Shown piece by piece: positions 38,639-52,361 of a stretch of DNA of 64,000 nucleotides. Made by a program: the position numbers and the translations under genes. Position 1 is the first letter of the stretch. Each line of letters opens with the position of its first letter. The stretch lies in assembly GCA_964016885.1 (NCBI GenBank), contig OZ024742.1, positions 353,338,001-353,402,000 of the forward strand, given 5' to 3'. Under the pieces are notes generated by a model that was not told where the DNA came from, did no database searches, and saw only the letters and a program-made list of their open reading frames with translations. This DNA comes from Eledone cirrhosa (taxonomy: Eukaryota).

Positions 38639-40701
38639 GACACAGCTAGAGACTTATAGAATACTTAGCTGTGTACAGGAACTGGTTTGAAAGAGCGGTT
38701 GCCGGTCCGGCAGAAATTAGAAATTGGAATAAATGCTCTGAAATAGCGATATATATGTGAATATAGACATAGAATATTCGAAAATATTCTGTATGTTTAT
38801 AATAAACATTTTGAAGACCTAATCGCTATAGAATAGAATACGTCACGTATTACAATTAGATTCTCGATAAAAGCAAGGGAAGTAATCTACGCGTTTCATT
38901 CTCGTTAGAAATCATCAGGACTACATATCCAGTGCTTTTATCGAGAATGACACAGCTAGAGACTTATAGAATACTTAGCTGTGTACAGGAACTGGTTTGA
39001 AAGAGCGGTTGCCGGTCCGGCAGAAATTAGAAATTGGAAGAAATGCTCTGAAATAGCGATATATATGTGAATATAGACATAGAATATTCGAAAATATTCT
39101 GTATGTTTATAATAAACATTTTGAAGACCTAATCGCTATAGAATAGAATACGTCACGTATTACAATTAGATTCTCGATAAAAGCAAGGGAAGTAATCTAC
39201 GCGTTTCATTCTCGTTAGAAATCATCAGGACTACATATCCAGTGCTTTTATCGAGAATGACACAGCTAGAGACTTATAGAATACTTAGCTGTGTACAGGA
39301 ACTGGTTTGAAAGAGCGGTTGCCGGTCCGGCAGAAATTAGAAATTGGAATAAATGCTCTGAAATAGCGATATATATGTGAATATAGACATAGAATATTCG
39401 AAAATATTCTGTATGTTTATAATAAACATTTTGAAGACCTAATCGCTATAGAATAGAATACGTCACGTATTACAATTAGATTCTCGATAAAAGCAAGGGA
39501 AGTAATCTACGCGTTTCATTCTCGTTAGAAATCATCAGGACTACATATCCAGTGCTTTTATCGAGAATGACACAGCTAGAGACTTATAGAATACTTAGCT
39601 GTGTACAGGAACTGGTTTGAAAGAGCGGTTGCCGGTCCGGCAGAAATTAGAAATTGGAATAAATGCTCTGAAATAGCGATATATATGTGAATATAGACAT
39701 AGAATATTCGAAAATATTCTGTATGTTTATAATAAACATTTTGAAGACCTAATCGCTATAGAATAGAATACGTCACGTATTACAATTAGATTCTCGATAA
39801 AAGCAAGGGAAGTAATCTACGCGTTTCATTCTCGTTAGAAATCATCAGGACTACATATCCAGTGCTTTTATCGAGAATGACACAGCTAGAGACTTATAGA
39901 ATACTTAGCTGTGTACAGGAACTGGTTTGAAAGAGCGGTTGCCGGTCCGGCAGAAATTAGAAATTGGAATAAATGCTCTGAAATAGCGATATATATGTGA
40001 ATATAGACATAGAATATTCGAAAATATTCTGTATGTTTATAATAAACATTTTGAAGACCTAATCGCTATAGAATAGAATACGTCACGTATTACAATTAGA
40101 TTCTCGATAAAAGCAAGGGAAGTAATCTACGCGTTTCATTCTCGTTAGAAATCATCAGGACTACATATCCAGTGCTTTTATCGAGAATGACACAGCTAGA
40201 GACTTATAGAATACTTAGCTGTGTACAGGAACTGGTTTGAAAGAGCGGTTGCCGGTCCGGCAGAAATTAGAAATTGGAATAAATGCTCTGAAATAGCGAT
40301 ATATATGTGAATATAGACATAGAATATTCGAAAATATTCTGTATGTTTATAATAAACATTTTGAAGACCTAATCGCTATAGAATAGAATACGTCACGTAT
40401 TACAATTAGATTCTCGATAAAAGCAAGGGAAGTAATCTACGCGTTTCATTCTCGTTAGAAATCATCAGGACTACATATCCAGTGCTTTTATCGAGAATGA
40501 CACAGCTAGAGACTTATAGAATACTTAGCTGTGTACAGGAACTGGTTTGAAAGAGCGGTTGCCGGTCCGGCAGAAATTAGAAATTGGAATAAATGCTCTG
40601 AAATAGCGATATATATGTGAATATAGACATAGAATATTCGAAAATATTCGAAAACCAGTTCCTGTACACAGCTAAGTATTCTATAAGTCTCTAGCTGTGT
40701 C

Positions 40702-40790
40702 ATTCTCGATAAAAGCACTGGATATGTAGTCCTGATGATTTCTAACGAGAATGAAACGCGTAGATTACTTCCCTTGCTTTTATCGAGAAT
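40702..40790 (+). ncRNA. Type I hammerhead ribozyme (further + copies at 41012, 41322, 41632)
   Basis: gtagtc | CTGATGA | t-ttct-aacg-agaa-t | GAAA CGCG TA | gattac; distal 16-bp helix attctcgataaaagca/tgcttttatcgagaat. Confidence 0.8.
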
Positions 40791-41818
40791 CTAATTGTAA
40801 TACGTGACGTATTCTATTCTATAGCGATTAGGTCTTCAAAATGTTTATTATAAACATACAGAATATTTTCGAATATTCTATGTCTATATTCACATATATA
40901 TCGCTATTTCAGAGCATTTATTCCAATTTCTAATTTCTGCCGGACCGGCAACCGCTCTTTCAAACCAGTTCCTGTACACAGCTAAGTATTCTATAAGTCT
41001 CTAGCTGTGTCATTCTCGATAAAAGCACTGGATATGTAGTCCTGATGATTTCTAACGAGAATGAAACGCGTAGATTACTTCCCTTGCTTTTATCGAGAAT
41101 CTAATTGTAATACGTGACGTATTCTATTCTATAGCGATTAGGTCTTCAAAATGTTTATTATAAACATACAGAATATTTTCGAATATTCTATGTCTATATT
41201 CACATATATATCGCTATTTCAGAGCATTTATTCCAATTTCTAATTTCTGCCGGACCGGCAACCGCTCTTTCAAACCAGTTCCTGTACACAGCTAAGTATT
41301 CTATAAGTCTCTAGCTGTGTCATTCTCGATAAAAGCACTGGATATGTAGTCCTGATGATTTCTAACGAGAATGAAACGCGTAGATTACTTCCCTTGCTTT
41401 TATCGAGAATCTAATTGTAATACGTGACGTATTCTATTCTATAGCGATTAGGTCTTCAAAATGTTTATTATAAACATACAGAATATTTTCGAATATTCTA
41501 TGTCTATATTCACATATATATCGCTATTTCAGAGCATTTATTCCAATTTCTAATTTCTGCCGGACCGGCAACCGCTCTTTCAAACCAGTTCCTGTACACA
41601 GCTAAGTATTCTATAAGTCTCTAGCTGTGTCATTCTCGATAAAAGCACTGGATATGTAGTCCTGATGATTTCTAACGAGAATGAAACGCGTAGATTACTT
41701 CCCTTGCTTTTATCGAGAATCTAATTGTAATACGTGACGTATTCTATTCTATAGCGATTAGGTCTTCAAAATGTTTATTATAAACATACAGAATATTTTC
41801 GAATATTCTATGTCTATA

Positions 41819-41876
<58 letters not shown>

Positions 41877-41879
<3 letters not shown>

Positions 41880-42644
41880 AGTATATGTTGGTTGTATACC
41901 AACACCTCAATATGCAGGCTGGAGCACTCGACGAAGTGCGCAGGTTGGTTTGGTTACTACGGAGTAATGGAAAATAAAGTTAAATAAAAAGTCAAATGTT
42001 TAAAATTTACCTTAAGGTTGTCAGTTTATCCATAGTGACTTAAGTCCGCTACTGTTTGAAGCGCTCAACCCGTGTGGGAGCTAGATAGATTTTGAGTATA
42101 TATTGATTGTATACCAACACTCAGTATGCAGACTGTAGCACTCGACGAAGTGCGCAGGTTGGTTTGTTTACTCCGGAGTAGTGTAAAATAAAGTTAAATA
42201 AAAAGTCAAATGTTTATTTAGCTTAAGGTTGGCAGTTTATCCATAGTGACTTAAGTCGGCTACTGTTTGAAGGACTCAACCCGTGTTGGAGCTATACAAC
42301 CAACATATACTCAACATCTATCTAGCTCCCACACCGTTTGAGCGCTTCAAACAGTAGCGAACTTAAGTCACTATGGATAAACTGGCAACCTTAAGCTAAA
42401 TTTTAAACATTTGACTTTTTATTTAACTTTATTTTACATTACTCCGGAGTAACCAAACCAACCTGCGCACTTCGTCGAGTGCTCCAGCCTGCATACTGAG
42501 GTGCTGGTATACAACCAACATATACTCAAAATCTATTTAGATCTCACACGGGTTGAGCGCTTCAAACAGTAGCGGACTTAAGTCACTTAGGATAAACTGA
42601 CAACCTTAAGGTAAATTTTAAACATTTGACTTTTTCTTTAACTT

Positions 42645-42650
<6 letters not shown>
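41877..42650. repeat. ~215-bp unit: 2 direct plus ~2 inverted copies
   Basis: Units at 41877 and 42092; inversion at ~42293; (TA)n both sides. Confidence 0.9.
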
Positions 42651-42681
<31 letters not shown>

Positions 42682-42849
42682 TCGTTTCTGAATTTGTTTA
42701 GCAAGATTCTTTAACTGAAAACGTGTGTTGAAATCGATATTGTTATAGTTTGAGAGGGTCATGTTGCCAATAAGAAACACACGCACGCAGCAGTTGCTTT
42801 CACTCCAATTTATTATATATTAAATTATAATTTAAAAAATGTAAATATT

Positions 42850-43990
42850 TCCGGTTGGTTGGTTGTTTGGTTCCACAACCGGACGGTTGATCCTAAGTTA
42901 TCAAAGTGCTTTCGTCACACATCATGTGACCTCTTCAGTGACTGCGGATTATTTTCTTTGTTTTGTGCCTCTCCTTTGTTCTGTCCTACGCCATCTTGTT
43001 TGTGTGTGTGATGTGTGCTTAGTTTGCGCATGTGTTTCATCCGGGTGTATGTGTGTGTTTTTTTTGTTTTGACTTTTTGTTTATTTACATGTTACTGGTT
43101 GGCTGTTTGTTCTATTTGTGTGTGTTTTCATTTTCTCCATAATTGTAAGTTGTGATGTTGCTATTCCAATCATTTTTTCTATTTAATTTTGGTTGGAGTT
43201 CATTTATGTTTATTGCCTCTGTGATTTGCTAATCATTGCGTTTTTTCCGTGTGTAGATTTTATTTTTGTTTCTATGTTCTCTAATTTTCCGTTATGTTCT
43301 ATTGATTATTATTTTCTATCTTGAAGTTCTCGCCAGTGTTCATTTAATTGTTCTACTATACTACGAGCTGTATCACCTATGCACACTATATTCTTATATT
43401 TACCTTGTCCTTCAGTACATCTTATGCTATATACTATGTTTCTAGTTTTACAATTAATATGGGGGCTTAGTTTACAGATTATGCATTTCTTATCTATAAA
43501 GGGAGGTATTTGAAAAGGGTATGTATTACTAATAAGTGTTTTTATGGAGGTACATGGTCTTTCTACTATCTTAACATTTATATTTATTTTACGTTTATCT
43601 GGGGCCCTTCTAAATTTCTGAGGTAGTTTGTAATTAGCTTACACATTAAAAGGACCCTAGATACACTTAAACTAAATATTAAGATAGTAGAAAGACAAGG
43701 TACCTCCATAAATCACTTATTAGTAATACATACCCTTTTCAAAGACGATGGTATGGTCGATTGTTAATCTCTGATACTTGTTGTATGTGTGCCTCTACAA
43801 CTTTTTTTTCTCTGCTCGTATTTCGTAGCTTTGGCAGAACTTCTAATGTATGTACATCTTAACTATTCTGTGGCTTGATATACTCTGTTCGTTCTTCCTT
43901 ACACACATGCTCAGATTCTACTTACACACATGCTCAGATTCTACAGTTTCTTACTATGTTCATCTTCATTAGGTATTTCCTTTGGTTTTG
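42850..43990 (-). mobile_element. Degraded Penelope-like element (GIY-YIG and pLTR)
   Basis: Minus strand reads CIICKLSPHINCKTRNIVYSIRCTEG...IGDTARS; internal fold-back ~43510-43742. Confidence 0.7.
42897..42945 (-). ncRNA. Degenerate hammerhead-like motif in pLTR
   Basis: gtca | CTGAAGA g | gtcaca..tgtgac | GAAA GCAC TT | tgat. Confidence 0.5.
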
Positions 43991-44389
43991 ATCTTTTGTT
44001 ACGATTAAATATCTCTGAATCTCCGTTTTTCTCCATTGCTACATCGGCAAATTTGTGTATTTGATTTCTTCATGTCCTCGTGTATTGGTGATATAAAGGT
44101 TATTGCTAATGATTTTGCATGACATTCTCTGGCCTTCTTCTTTCAGTTAAGATATCACGTTAATCTGAAATCCTGTTCGGATAAATGATGCTAAATAAAT
44201 AACATTCAACGTATGAGTGGGACCACACCAAGGGTACGTACTCTCACCTTTCCTGTTCATTGTTTTCATTAACAGGATTGTCATCCATCGCAGCCTGATT
44301 GGAAGTAGTGTCATTGCTGGCGTCTGTAAACTTTGCAGACAGTGCAATAACAGTTAACTGGCACTCGATAAGGTTTATGCCGGAAGATG

Positions 44390-45031
44390 CATAGCTGGTA
44401 TGCGAATATGTGCTCCAAAAACTGCGACAGTCTTCCTTCTACTCATGGAAGCCTGCGCAGTGCATTATAAATATAAATGGAATTCCACGGAAAGTGGGTA
44501 GAGAAGTTGAATTATGTCGGGGCTGTGATTACGAGTGATAAAAATCAAGAGGCTGACCAAAGTGTTTTGGAGTAACGTTGTATAAAGCTTAGCTCGGATA
44601 TCACATTCGTACTCCAGGTAGAGTCGCTACCTCTCAGAATTCGGAGACACAACACCAGTACCCCGGACATGTGGTTAGAATGACCCAGGAAAAAATCGAT
44701 GGGTATATTTTACGGGCAATAAGAACCGGGAGGAGACCCAGCGGTAGACCACGAGCTTAATGGCAGGATAGCATCTATGAGCTCGGCTGGTTTCACTCGT
44801 GGATCCAGCCTGATCTGATGGTGACAGTTGTTTTGACAGGACCCCCTGGAAGGAGAGTTTGAGGAATCTGCTGCGACAAACTCCTCAGGAGTGTGGGGGC
44901 GAAGAAGAAGAAGAAGAAGAAGAAGAAGAAGAAGAAGAAGAAGAAGAAGAAGAAGAAGAAGAAGAAAAAGAAGAAGAAGAAGAAGAAGAAGAAGAAGAAG
45001 AAGAAGAAGAAGAAGAAGAAGAAGAAGAAGA
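44390..45031 (+). mobile_element. RTE-type LINE 3' remnant with (GAA)n tail
   Basis: RRPSGRPRA*WQDSI motif, then (GAA)n at 44901-45031. Confidence 0.6.
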
Positions 45032-46677
45032 ATATGTTTGAGTTTAGTTATAAATAGAAGGAATAATTATGAAATATATATGAGCCTGGTATCAATTTGA
45101 AATACATCTGATCTATATTTGAACAGAACGGCGAGTAATATAGAATATCAAACATGAAGTAGACGAAATTAATTGTTCGTTGTAAGAGACAACGGGAAAT
45201 GTTTGACTACAGCTACTATCAATGAAAAGTAAAAGGCTAACTCGTATAATAAATTACACGCGATGCCTTATTAACTTCGGTTTCCAGAATTACGAAGATC
45301 TATTACGGGGTGAAAACAATTTCAACCGTCCTTGCAACTGATTATATAAAATATTCAGCTAAAAGAAATAAGAAGTAATCTGGAAGACATAGTTAGAAAT
45401 ATATTTATGAATACAAAATATATTTCTTGTTAAAAACATATCGTGATGTACTTTTAATTCAATAAATTAGGTAATATTTCCCAATATTATTTGCAATTCT
45501 CTTTCTTCTGGAAACGTTTGGTCAGGTCATGAAATAATGTTATGTGTTGCCTGTCTAAGAAAGGGGAAATTATAGACAGCAAGGATTGCATTATAATGTT
45601 AAACTGGCAGGAAATAGTGTATGTCCTCAAATCTGGCTCAGAGTACGGCAGTAGATAATGATGGTGGCGATGACACAGATACGGAGATATATTAAATTAA
45701 AGGTTGGGTCTACTCTGTCCTACCACCGTGATGTGTGTTGGTATCAGATCTGGCCGATCCGAGATCGGTAGATCCAGCGACAGCGTCCGTATCGAAATGC
45801 CTTTGAGTTGCTTTGATCTATCCAGACACGGCTTTACCACCGGTCTCACCTCTCTGGGTTTACAAGATGGTTTGCCTGCAATAGGTTTGCCTGCTGGATT
45901 GTGCGGATCCAAATATTCTGATCCGCAGCCAGGCAAGACTATAGCTGGTGTTTGAATTACATGTTTTCATGGTCTTTTTAACATGTCATTATATGCCTCT
46001 TGGGCAGACTGCTGTTTCAACTGCCATAAGTCAATTCTCCGTAGAGCAGGCGATGGTCTGTCATTCTCTAGACCTGTCCCACCCAGCGCAGCTGTTTCTT
46101 CATAAAAGTAGCCCAGATAATGTGGTATTGGCCCTCTGAAAGACCTCTGTTTTGGTGACACCTATAGGTAATAAACTCTACTAAAAATCTATGAAAACGT
46201 TAACTGTATATTGAAGTATATTTGTTAAAATTCTCATACTGAGTGGACTCGAAATATATACGTCTATTTGTGAAGAGAATTCAAACGTAAAGACAGAATA
46301 GTGTCATCAATCTTTAAACAATTATAGCAGTGAATCTAAAAGTCGCTCATCTGAGAATGAAATCATTAAATTACGAGTGAAACAAATTTATTTAGTAAAA
46401 CAAACTAATAGATAATGTCTTGTGTCATGTGATCGAAGGATTAATTGGTTTTGATTCCGAGAATTTTGTGTTAATCATAATGACACTTTACTATCTTTTT
46501 TCCAGAGTTTAATACACCAATGTACGTTTGTGTAGGAATTTTGGGTGTATTGGCAACTGCTGACCACTGTTGAAAACAGTATATGATTAGTATGTATGAG
46601 CTTCAGTTCTTGGGAGAAACCATACTATTTTAATACAAACAAATGCACTCAAGTATACATGAGTAGTATATATATAA

Positions 46678-47018
46678 GAAAAGGTTCAAGACCTCGATGC
46701 TAGAGCTCAAGCTGTTTCGACGGCTATTTCTGGACTAAAGTAAATTTTTTGCGTGGTAATGATATAGCCGAACTGTTCAACTGGTAATTCCATATATGGA
46801 CATTTTCGCATGCCCATATATGGGATTACTCCTTGAAAAGTCCGGCTATATCGTTACCACGGTAAACAATATAATTTAGTCCAGAAATAGCCGTCGAAAC
46901 AGCTTGAGATCTCCCGTCGGGGTCCTGAACATTTTCCTATTATCCACTCTACTACCCAAAGTATAGAGTAGTCTGGTGCGTTACGGTCCATTTGGTTCCT
47001 TACAACACTTTCTTCATT
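46678..47018 (+). repeat. Fold-back element (~130-bp arms) with GGTTCCTTACAACAC end
   Basis: 46678-46800 is the reverse complement of ~46812-46937; 3' part matches 36575-36710. Confidence 0.75.
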
Positions 47019-47035
47019 ATATACATATATATATA

Positions 47036-50000
47036 CTAGCAGATTTACCCGGCGTTGCTTGTGGTTTGAAATTATGCTAAGAATATACAGCTAGGAAGTA
47101 AAAGAAGAACATTATTTGTCCCCAACCTGTCAAAATAGGCAGAGGTCTTCAATAATTAATGCAAACGAATATTTAGTGCCATCTTTGTATACATAAAACT
47201 ATGTTGACAATGAAGGAAAACACTGAACAGGATGTAGTTATACAAATGATTAAAGACAATACACGTTGTAAATCTGTAAAAAAACACGGAGTTTTGCGAA
47301 AGTACAAAAAGTTGTAATTAAAGCAGTGTTGTATACAAACAAAAAAACAATGAGAGTAGAATAAGAGAAAATCTATTCTTTGAGAGCATCCTTTGCTGTG
47401 TATGGTTAAATCTTTAACTTATAATCCAAAATATCCTTCATGACATATTCATTGGTATGTTTTGTAATGAGTGAGGTGAAGTCAAGGCATAAGCGTTTTT
47501 GTTAACACTAAAGCACTTGAGGATAGATGATATTCTTTGTTTTTCTTTTCGGAACAAACGTAAAGAGATTATCTAGACTCCCACCTCGTGAGCAGGCAAA
47601 GAAAAAGCAAGGTTCATCCAAGTGAATTCCAGCGACGGACAGAGTTTGAACTTGCGACTTGTTTATGGACATCGCTAAGGCAACACGAAGGGGAAATTTG
47701 GTTCGGCGAAAAGAGAAGGGAGTATCCACGCCTGATGTAGTCAAGTTAATTTTTGTTATTATCACATCCTCGCCTTTTCCACATCCGGATAGAATGGTAG
47801 CGTCAATAATAAGTGGAGACAGTTTTTAAACCACAAAGCGTGTACCATTGCATAGTTTTGGAGGAGTGATATTTCTCAGCAAAATAACTGGTGTTCCCTC
47901 TTTCTGAAACAAGGTATTAGGAGATAAACCAGGAGGATTTAAATAATTTAGACATTCAACTGGATAATTGACCGCATCCTGTGGATCACATACAGTATCA
48001 ATAGATTTATATATCCGTGGACATCCAGGAAGGTGCTGAAGAAGCTGATCGTTAATACAACTAACCGTGCTATTTTTGGATGGAAGAATGGCTCTTTCGC
48101 ATAGCCAATCAAGATTCGTATAGTTATCACGCAAGTTCGAGAATACACTCGCCTTGAAATCATCGACAGTTTCAACTATATTGCAGATGTGATCAATTGC
48201 TTTGTGTCCATCTGTATCCGGAGGTAGGTTACTATCCCCTATGGTAAGAATGTCTCCAGAAAATGTTGATGACAGAGGGTCTCCATGCAACCTTGCACGC
48301 ATGTTGGTAGTTAGTCTTAATGATGTCACTTAAGACATGCATTTACAGCATCTGCTCTTGTTCCTTTCGGTATTATAGAAAGAGTCTGTCTGAAGTCTCC
48401 TGATAGCAGAAGGGTGAAACCCCCCATAATATTACTGCAATCCCGTATGTCTTGCAAAGACCTGTCTAGTGCCTCAAGAGCACCTTTGTGCGCCATTGTG
48501 CACACACCCCAAACAATAAGGTGACACCTTCGCAGCAGATGAGCCCTTTCGGAGTCTTTGGTGATATGACAAGTAGTAGTTTCCAATTTTGCCAAATCAA
48601 GAGGCAATTTAAAAACTGAATGTGCCCTCCTTCCACCAGGAAGCACAGTTGCTGCGATTCCAGAGGACGCAACTGCTATTTCTATGTCCTTATTCTGTCT
48701 AATCTTTGCACGAAGAAGTTTAGTAACGGAAGGTTTTCCTGTCTCCCTGGAGCATCGAGGAAAATATGCCACCTCTTCTTTGAAATACCAATTCAATAAT
48801 GGTGGTATAAGCCAGTCGCTGATCAACTAGAAATGTTGGCTCATTATCTGTGACGTAGAGGCCGAGATCATGGATGTCATAAGAAGTCTCCTGTATGATA
48901 TCTGTGAGAAGTTTGTGTGAGTCTGTGCGATGAGTTTCTGGTAAATCATAGTAACGTAAAACCTTTCCTCCAATCAGAGCTAACTTGTCCTGAATATCAA
49001 TGAGACCTCTGTTGTATAATTCATTAATACAGCCGACCTCTATTTCTGGAATCAGCAATTGTGCTTGGTCTCTGTAGTCTTCTGTTAGTCCATCCTTATA
49101 TTTCATCCACAAGGACAGAGGATCAGATAAGTTGCACGAGTGCAAAATTACCGCAAATAAATGTCTTAGGCTGGCAGGTGAATGTGAAAGAGCAACTTCA
49201 GCCATCGTTGCATCCCACTGCGAACCATCTTCCAGCAATCCACGCCTCAACCATGCCTTTGTGTATGTTGGAAGAAATTGTCCGTCTAACGTTCGGAGAT
49301 CATCAAAGCAGGTAGGTCCTCTGACCTCATGTAGTAGCATGCGAAGATGGAAGCACTCGTGTTGGTTTGGGGCACAGTATTATCACTGCCCAGGCACTCG
49401 TTGAACTTGATGACTGGATAACCTTCGACACACTGTCCTGTTTTTCATCGCTTCCATGTATTTTTTCCCAGCTATTGTAAGATGGGACTCGTGGATATAG
49501 TAAGATGTTAGCAAATTGATCTTCTTGACATAGTTTAAAGAAAGCGGTAAGAGTAGTAGCCTTTGGTTCTTGTATTAACTGAGCAGCTGATGCATTTGTA
49601 AAATATACTCTCTGACCGTTCTCCAGGTGCACTTTAAGTTTTTGAACAGCAGGATGCCGTTGATGTATAAAAAATCCGAAAATCCGCTAGAACGCTTCAT
49701 TAGAGTTAATGTATCTTCCAGTTTGGTACTGGGCCACTTCATCTCGGCTGTTTTCCCGAAGTAATGCAAACGTAGCAGCATCACAGCCTTTATTAATGTA
49801 CTTACAAATGTATTTTATAGATTTAATCGAATTACAGTATTCTACGTTTATGTGTGTATCAACAATCTTTATAAAGAGTGGATTATATGGAACAACCCAT
49901 CTGTTGTGAACCTCATGTTTGCCAACCCTTGCCGTGAATCCACCATGTTCAGGTCTTCTCCGGCGATATAGTGGGTATCCGTCATGACCAGTCTGAGCGT

Positions 50001-51840
50001 CCTTAAGGAACTGACGGGGAAATTTCTTTGAGCACCTACACTTGTCCTTAACACACGGTATGCTTTAACTTTTTGGTAAAGGTCCCTGTCGATTGCCGGA
50101 TCTGGAAACTCAGCATATATGACATTGTCAATTTCATCTGATCTAAGTTTTGTCTTTAACCAGATCAGAATTTGTGCATGTGGCAAGCCTCGGTTTTGCC
50201 ACTCAATTGTAAGCATGTCACATTGTACTGGGCCACAGATAACACCTGTTTTAATAAGTTCCATGAGCTTAATTAACTTAGGATGGAAAACTCTGGCAAT
50301 AAGATCCTGTCTGGCTGTGGCTTTTTGACCTGGAAAGAGTTCTTTCTGAATCTCTTCCCATTTGGGGTTTGAAGTGAAAGTAATAAACAAATCCGGTTTA
50401 CCGAAAAGGCGCACAAAAGTTAAGGCATCTTGAAATTTTTCGAAAAAGGACCGAGGACTTCCTGGGAAAGATGAAGGCAGAATGCACAACAGTCCAATAC
50501 TATCAGGATCTGCATCATTGTTCATTCCATCACGAAGGTGAATGTAAGTGTCACAGCGAAGTTGTTTCTGAGTAAGTCGAATGAAGCATAATATCTCGGA
50601 CTCCATTTTTGCGAACATGTCAACTGGCAATTGTTTGAAGAGGTCTTGTGATCGGTGCAGCTGGTTGAAGCAGTTGTCGCGGATCATGAGCCGGAAAGCG
50701 TAAAAATCCATGCACGTGACAATTTTCGCGGTATGCTCATCTTTGTTTGTGGAATTAATTTGAAGAATTCCGAAATGGTATCCATCCTCACCATAAACAA
50801 ATAATAGCAGATACTGGAGTGCGTCGTAAGATCGATAGGTTTCAATTATTCTGTTAAGGCTGTTGCCTTGTCGCTTGATAATAATGTATCTCTGGTTGTG
50901 CTGCTCTCCACTAATAACGATAGCTACCTCATTACAAGTAGGTGCATTATACCAGCCCGCATACTCCCCAGATGTTATCTGATCAGCGTAAATGACGATA
51001 TCGTAATTTGGCGAAGGTGCTTCTTCTAAAGCAGATTTGAAGCTTTGAATGTAGCTATTGTTAGAGGGAAGCATGTATTGGTGGTCAATCAAGAGTTCCA
51101 GTTTAGTGTCTGAAGTGTACGATTGCCGTCGATCTGCTTGCTGATAACAGTTAACAATAAAGTAAACCTGTAAAGATTGTGAGTCTTCAGTAGGCAACGG
51201 TTGCAGTGATCCAATGAGATGACACACCTGGCCCTGTACTTTGAAAGTCGGCATAAATCCATCTTCCTTCAGACGTTTTGCACCGAAAGAGTTCATTTGA
51301 AACGCAATGTTGTACCGTGGGATATGCTTCAGAAAATCACGTGATTGTGAATGTTTACCTATTAGAAGCATCTGGAAAGGTTGCGGTAGTTCCCTAAGGG
51401 TGGGCAAATTAACCTTACCGTTGGAGCAGCACATTCCAGCTGATCCCCCCCCCCACTATTTACACTTACAATGTTGGCAAGTATTTGACATGGCATATAT
51501 TTGAATATCAGGATGCATTTGATCGTTTACATTAGGGTCATAATTAACTGCCTTAAGGTATGTGATGTTTATATTGAAAAGTATGTTATCTCCCTTTTTT
51601 ATAAGGATTGTCAATAAAGTTTATCTCCCTTACATCAATTTTTCTACCGATAATTTTGATATCGATTTTTTATTGTTCAACGTAGGTCGATTTGAAAAAT
51701 GTTTGTGATGTGACAATCTTAGCGACATGTGCAACGTGCATAGAAAATATGGTCAAATTCAGTTGGTAATTGTGAAAGCCTTATGCATGCAAATTGTATA
51801 CAGACACACACACACATCCTCGCTTTTATATATATAAAGA
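47036..51840 (-). mobile_element. Full-length Helitron, disrupted
   Basis: 5' TC (51840), 3' CTAG (47039-47036) after a GCAACGCCGGG hairpin remnant, inserted between A and T; RepHel ORF fragments. Confidence 0.92.
47508..51500 (-). pseudogene. RepHel (HUH Rep + PIF1-like helicase), many frameshifts
   Basis: CCSNGKV, PDLFITFTSNPKW, IEWQNRGLPHAQILIW, AVASSGIAATVLPGGR, GDFRQTL, LCNGTR, AMSINKSQ. Confidence 0.9.
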
Positions 51841-52227
51841 TATATATATATGTGGTTTGGGGGTGGAGGGTGTATATATGCATATTTTTATAAATAATCC
51901 TAAATTGACATTAGAATATTTTTTTCAAATTTAATAGCAAACCCTTTTTAAACAATTATTTAGATAAATATTTAAAATCTATCTAGCGTCTAACTTTTCA
52001 GTTTTAACGTTATCCTCATTAGCATATATCCCCTGAGTTCTGAAAAATTATATTCACTATTTTCAATGAACTAATAACATGAATTCTCATGAAGATATGT
52101 CTCACTAACGTTACACCAATTATTGTATTTTATCTGACGAAAGTCTACTAAAATATTACTAACCTTGATAAACGTATATTGAAATAAATATGGTTTTATA
52201 AAGATATTTTCCATTTCTTAATATTAT

Positions 52228-52361
<134 letters not shown>

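Larger units (their letters stand above)
38414..41822. repeat. Near-perfect 310-bp tandem array: ~7.2 units, then ~3.8 inverted units (junction ~40650)
   Basis: Units start at 38414, 38724, 39034, 39344, 39654, 39964, 40274, 40584; one substitution noticed (39040); flanked by (TA)n. Confidence 0.97.

Noticed and set aside
38414-41822. CRISPR-like array
   Set aside because: Units are identical throughout with no unique spacers, there are no cas genes, and the context is eukaryotic
44859-45100. Poly-Glu / poly-Arg ORFs
   Set aside because: (GAA)n tail of an RTE remnant
45697-46161. GC-richer island with short ORFs on both strands
   Set aside because: No recognisable motif, repeat structure or splice pattern
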